IMG/VR virus record: IMGVR_UViG_3300036985_006490
Span: 98,813 to 162,812 of that record
Source of the DNA: a virus
Strand: one strand, 5' to 3'
DNA length: 64,000 nt
The translations under genes and the position numbers were made by a program. Shown here piece by piece: positions 60,464 to 64,000 of the stretch. Numbering within the stretch: position 1 is the stretch's first letter; each line of letters opens with the position of its first letter. The notes under the pieces were generated by a model. It had not been told where the DNA came from, ran no database searches, and saw only the letters and a list, made by a program, of their open reading frames with translations.

Positions 60464-60906
60464 TTCACACCAGAAATTTTAGAAGTATCCATTTCAGATT
60501 CGGTTATTGTCTCATTAATAGTTTTAATGAGTTCTTTTGTCCGTTTCATCACTAACTTAAAATCTACCACCGGTAAATTACTAATAATTGAAAAAGTTTC
60601 TTTGGAATATTTACCTTCTAAAAGTATTTCAACCGCGGCTCTTCTTGAAAATTTTTCAACAGTTGCCCATCTACTATAGTCAGAATCATTATTCAACAAC
60701 TTTTGTAAATTTTCATTGTCTTGTTTTTTCAAAATATTTTCCATAATACTAATTTCTTCAATTGAATCATTAGTTTTTGGTGTGTGTTTTAATTGATTAT
60801 ATCTATCGATAAAGTTTATCAATTTTTCCTTATCATATTCAATCCCTGACCACACAATATGTTTTAATTCATACTCAGATAAAAAATTTTTGTAATCAAA
60901 ATTCAT
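60460..60906 (-). CDS. Hypothetical protein
   Basis: Intact 148-aa ORF heading the island; ATGA overlap with the next gene. Confidence 0.6.
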   Translation of the reverse strand: MNFDYKNFLSEYELKHIVWSGIEYDKEKLINFIDRYNQLKHTPKTNDSIEEISIMENILKKQDNENLQKLLNNDSDYSRWATVEKFSRRAAVEILLEGKYSKETFSIISNLPVVDFKLVMKRTKELIKTINETITESEMDTSKISGVK

Positions 60907-61048
60907 AATTATATTTTTATAAAAATATACAAAATATAATTACTTTTCTGAAGATTAGTGGAGATAATATAATGAAATATTTCAGATGATTAAGATTATT
61001 ATATAACTCATATCACTTATAAATATATTTTTTTATCTTATTAAATTA

Positions 61049-61981
61049 TTATAAAGGGTCGCAAACACTTCCATTACAGAAGTATAAACCTAATATCTCT
61101 CCACTCGAGTTTATTTCCGCTATTTGGAATGGTCCAGTAGCAGTATCGGTCGATACGTTAGAATACGCTATAAACCCTGCTCCCGATATTCCATAAATAA
61201 AATCTCCTATGGTAAGTCCTGCGTATGTATCATCAGCACTCGTTAGGGTCGTTATATTATAGTTCGTAGTACAATAGTCCGAACAAGTCGCTCTCACCGC
61301 TCCGTGAGTATAAATTGTTGGATACGGAGTTGAACTTGGTGTTGATGCTGGTGGTGTTGATGATGGTGTTGATGCTGGTGTTGATGCTGGTGTTGATGCT
61401 GGTGTTGATGCTGGTGTTGATGCTGGTGTTGACGGTGGAGTTACAGATGGAGTTGGTGTTGGTGAAGCACATACTCCGAATACTGACATTGCTCCGTCAG
61501 TTCCAACTTGAAATACTTCTGACTTACTAATTGAACCATACCACTGGTCACCACCATTATATTTGTTTGCATTTATGAATGTTGTAGCACTGTATATTGC
61601 TAATCCATAAGTTACTGCCGCTTCTTGGAATGAAATTATACCCGACTGTGGAACATAAACAGTTCTAGAAGTAGTAGTTCCCGTACAAAAATTAGTATCT
61701 GATGTGAATCCTGACACTCCATTAGAAGTACCTAAAATCAATGCTGTGAATGTAAGCCCATCACAAGTATAATCATCAATGGTAGTTAATCCTCCCATGT
61801 CAGCAGATAAAGTTGTCTGACTACTTGCAGGAATTGCTGAAACCCCAAGAGCTTGAGGAGGTTCTCTAAGGGCTCCTAATATTCCATTAAGTGAAATATT
61901 AAACGTTGGAAGTGGGAATCCGAATGCGTCATAGACACACGACATTGCAATTTCAGATCCTGTGGCCGGAGTTAATCCCAT
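61049..61981 (-). CDS. Putative fibre/structural protein: shared 73-aa module + Cys-bounded domains + TPAS linker
   Basis: N-terminus nearly identical to 62010-62231; (TPAS)n linker. Confidence 0.6.
   Translation of the reverse strand: MGLTPATGSEIAMSCVYDAFGFPLPTFNISLNGILGALREPPQALGVSAIPASSQTTLSADMGGLTTIDDYTCDGLTFTALILGTSNGVSGFTSDTNFCTGTTTSRTVYVPQSGIISFQEAAVTYGLAIYSATTFINANKYNGGDQWYGSISKSEVFQVGTDGAMSVFGVCASPTPTPSVTPPSTPASTPASTPASTPASTPASTPSSTPPASTPSSTPYPTIYTHGAVRATCSDYCTTNYNITTLTSADDTYAGLTIGDFIYGISGAGFIAYSNVSTDTATGPFQIAEINSSGEILGLYFCNGSVCDPL
61337..61435. repeat. 12-bp coding tandem repeat (TPAS)n
   Basis: ggtgttgatgct repeated ~7 times. Confidence 0.85.
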
Positions 61982-62242
61982 TTTTAATTATTGTTATGAA
62001 GGCATTATGTTAACAGATATAATCATCAGGTGTGGTTAATCCTCCCATATCTGCAGAAAGTGTTGTTGTAGTACCTGAAGGGATTGCAGTTACCCCGAGT
62101 GCTTGAGGAGGTTGCCTCAAAGACCCTAATGTCGCATTAAGTGATATATTTATTGTTGGAATTGGAAACCCAAATGCGTCATAGACACACGACATTGCAA
62201 TTTCAGATCCTGTGGCCGGAGTTAATCCCATTTTTAATTATT
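61923..62242. repeat. Perfect 70-bp direct repeat (61923-61992 and 62173-62242) covering both gene starts
   Basis: aatgcgtcatagacacacgac...gttaatcccatttttaattatt identical in both copies, 250 bp apart. Confidence 0.9.
62010..62231 (-). CDS. Small structural protein, stand-alone paralog of the 61049-61981 N-terminus
   Basis: MGLTPATGSEIAMSCVYDAFGFP...LSADMGGLTT.DDY.C. Confidence 0.7.
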   Translation of the reverse strand: MGLTPATGSEIAMSCVYDAFGFPIPTINISLNATLGSLRQPPQALGVTAIPSGTTTTLSADMGGLTTPDDYIC

Positions 62243-62263
62243 ATTATTATTATTTTTAAGTAT

Positions 62264-62299
62264 AGTCCCTATCTAATAATTATATATCAGATAGGGACT
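62264..62299. terminator. Intergenic hairpin (11-bp perfect stem), possible terminator or processing site
   Basis: agtccctatct (62264-62274) / agatagggact (62289-62299) just after the tail-fibre stop; no strong U tract. Confidence 0.45.
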
Positions 62300-62316
62300 T
62301 AATTGTATTTTTGATT

Positions 62317-64000
62317 CTATTTTTTTATTATATTTTTTAGTTCATCAATTTGAACTTGTTGTTCTTTAACACACTCAATCAATAGAGCTACAATTCTTTC
62401 ATATTTGACCGCCAAGTAACCATTTTCTCTTCGTGTAACAATTTCAGGTAAAACTTCTTGAATTTCCTGAGCAATCACTCCAATATCATGACCTTCGTTT
62501 TCATGTATTCCTTCCATAGGAATCCAATCATATTCATATCCGCCTATTTGATTAATTTTATCAATAGGATTAGTTATTGGTGAGATGTTTTCTTTCAGTC
62601 TCCTATCTGAACCGTAGAACGCTACAACGTCATTGGTTGCTCTAATCAAACCAGTAGTTGTTGGTGTATTTGTTCCAACTCCTAATGCTCCGTTTATGTA
62701 TGCTGTAGTACCATCAAAGGTAAAGTTAGCTTCACCATTAATGGTTCCCGCGGTTCCTGTTGCAGTAAGGACAAAATCATTTGTATTATTGTTAATTGTT
62801 CCTAATCCTGATGAACCACTTGACCCTGATGTTCCGCTTGTTCCACTTGAACCTGATGAACCACTTGAACCTGATGAACCACTTGTTCCTGAAGTTCCAC
62901 TTGAACCTGATGAACCACTCGATCCAGACGAACCTGATGTTCCGCTTGTTCCACTTGAACCTGATGAACCACTTGAACCTGATGAACCTGAGGTTCCGCT
63001 AGTTCCGCTTGAACCTGATGAACCACTTGTTCCTGATGAACCTGAGGTACCACTAGTACCACTTGTTCCTGAAGAACCTGATGTTCCGCTAGTTCCTGAT
63101 GAACCACTTGTTCCTGAAGTACCGTCTGTACCACTTGAACCAGATGTTCCACTTGTTCCTGATGAACCTGAAGTACCACTAGTTCCTGATGAACCACTTG
63201 TTCCTGATGTTCCACTAGTTCCTGATGAACCTGATGTTCCTGAAGTTCCATCTGTACCACTTGAACCTGATGAACCACTTGTTCCTGATGTTCCAGAAGA
63301 CCCTGAAGTTCCACTAGTTCCTGATGAACCGCTTGAACCACTTGTTCCTGATGTTCCATCTGTGCCACTTGAACCTGAGGTTCCGCTAGTTCCACTTGAA
63401 CCAGATGTTCCACTTGTTCCTGATGAACCTGAGGTACCACTAGTTCCTGATGAACCGCTTGTTCCTGATGTTCCATCTGTGCCACTTGAACCTGAGGTTC
63501 CGCTAGTTCCTGATGAACCAGATGTTCCACTTGTTCCTGATGAACCTGAGGTACCACTAGTTCCTGATGAACCACTTGTTCCTGATGTTCCATCTGTGCC
63601 ACTTGATCCTGAGGTTCCGCTAGTTCCTGATGAACCAGATGTTCCACTTGTTCCTGATGAACCTGAGGTACCACTAGTTCCTGATGAACCACTTGTTCCT
63701 GATGTTCCATCTGTGCCACTTGATCCTGAGGTTCCGCTAGTTCCTGATGAACCAGATGTTCCACTAGTACCACTTGTTCCTGATGTTCCACTTGAACCGC
63801 TTGTTCCTGAAGTTCCATCTGTGCCACTTGAACCTGAGGTCCCGCTAGTTCCACTTGAACCACTAGTTCCTGATGTTCCTGAAGAACCTGATGTTCCGCT
63901 AGTTCCTGATGAACCACTTGTTCCTGAAGTACCGTCTGTACCACTTGAACCAGATGTTCCACTTGTTCCTGATGAACCTGAAGTACCACTAGTTCCTGAT
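62317..64000 (-). CDS. Tail fibre protein, 5'-truncated by the window: (Gly-X-Ser/Asp)n collagen-like region + C-terminal Peptidase_S74 chaperone
   Basis: The frame of ORF 62317-62649 continues upstream without a stop (...GTSGSSGLGTINNNTNDFVLTATG...GEANFTFDG...IRATNDVVAFYGSDRRLKENI...GVIAQEI...P..V...V.Y). Confidence 0.85.
   Translation of the reverse strand, partial: SGTSGTSGSSGTSGTSGSSGTDGTSGTSGSSGTSGTSGSSGTSGTSGSSGTSGTSGSSGTDGTSGTSGSSGTSGTSGTSGTSGSSGTSGTSGSSGTDGTSGTSGSSGTSGTSGSSGTSGTSGSSGTSGTSGSSGTDGTSGTSGSSGTSGTSGSSGTSGTSGSSGTSGTSGSSGTDGTSGTSGSSGTSGTSGSSGTSGTSGSSGTSGTSGSSGTDGTSGTSGSSGSSGTSGTSGSSGTSGTSGSSGSSGTDGTSGTSGSSGTSGTSGTSGSSGTSGTSGSSGTSGTSGSSGTDGTSGTSGSSGTSGTSGSSGTSGTSGTSGSSGTSGSSGSSGTSGTSGSSGSSGSSGSSGTSGTSGSSGSSGSSGSSGTSGTSGSSGSSGSSGSSGTSGTSGSSGSSGLGTINNNTNDFVLTATGTAGTINGEANFTFDGTTAYINGALGVGTNTPTTTGLIRATNDVVAFYGSDRRLKENISPITNPIDKINQIGGYEYDWIPMEGIHENEGHDIGVIAQEIQEVLPEIVTRRENGYLAVKYERIVALLIECVKEQQVQIDELKNIIKK
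62805..64000. repeat. 9-bp GTS/GSS/GTD triplet array with a 117-bp higher-order period and an 810-bp-offset duplication
   Basis: gaggtaccactag at 63431, 63548 and 63665; 63065-63190 repeated at 63875-64000. Confidence 0.9.

Noticed and set aside
62317-62649. Stand-alone 110-aa S74 protein
   Set aside because: The frame stays open upstream to the window edge, so this is the C-terminus of the fibre gene.
62802-63989. 395-aa Gln/Val/Glu/His ORF and the plus-strand MNHL ORF (62796-63002)
   Set aside because: Shadow frames of the Gly-X-Ser repeat. The real frame runs on into the S74 chaperone domain.
1-64000. Stop-codon reassignment, tRNA or rRNA genes
   Set aside because: Genes are full length under code 11 with TAA, TAG and TGA all used as stops. 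No RNA gene structures were recognised, and intergenic space is minimal.

Overview
AT-rich, densely coding window, almost all on the minus strand, that reads as part of a large (jumbo-type) tailed-phage genome. A Bacteroidota host is suggested by SprB-like repeats and the near absence of Shine-Dalgarno motifs (inference). Left end: a RuvC-like nuclease and Cys/Thr/Pro-rich virion or fibre proteins (1-9.2 kb). Right end: two paralogous fibre-like proteins and a tail-fibre gene with Pro-free Gly-X-Ser collagen-like repeats and a Peptidase_S74 chaperone, cut by the window edge (61-64 kb). Between them lies a ~51 kb island of about 55 glycosyltransferase, NDP-sugar, methyl-, acyl-, carbamoyl- and amidino-transferase, radical SAM, SET and 2OG-Fe(II) oxygenase genes. 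Most striking: (1) a 910-aa protein with a putative circularly permuted ATP-grasp domain, one degenerate Hint domain and three intact tandem Hint (intein-like) domains separated only by dipeptides (SP|RA|KA|K), upstream of a SET protein and four 2OG oxygenases; (2) exactly one 117-bp higher-order unit of the tail-fibre repeat inserted in frame, but read in a shifted frame, inside a sugar-epimerase fusion gene about 20 kb away; (3) the island itself, plausibly a phage system that O-glycosylates Ser/Thr-rich virion fibres with unusual branched or dideoxy sugars. All calls come from motif recognition by eye. No searches were run.
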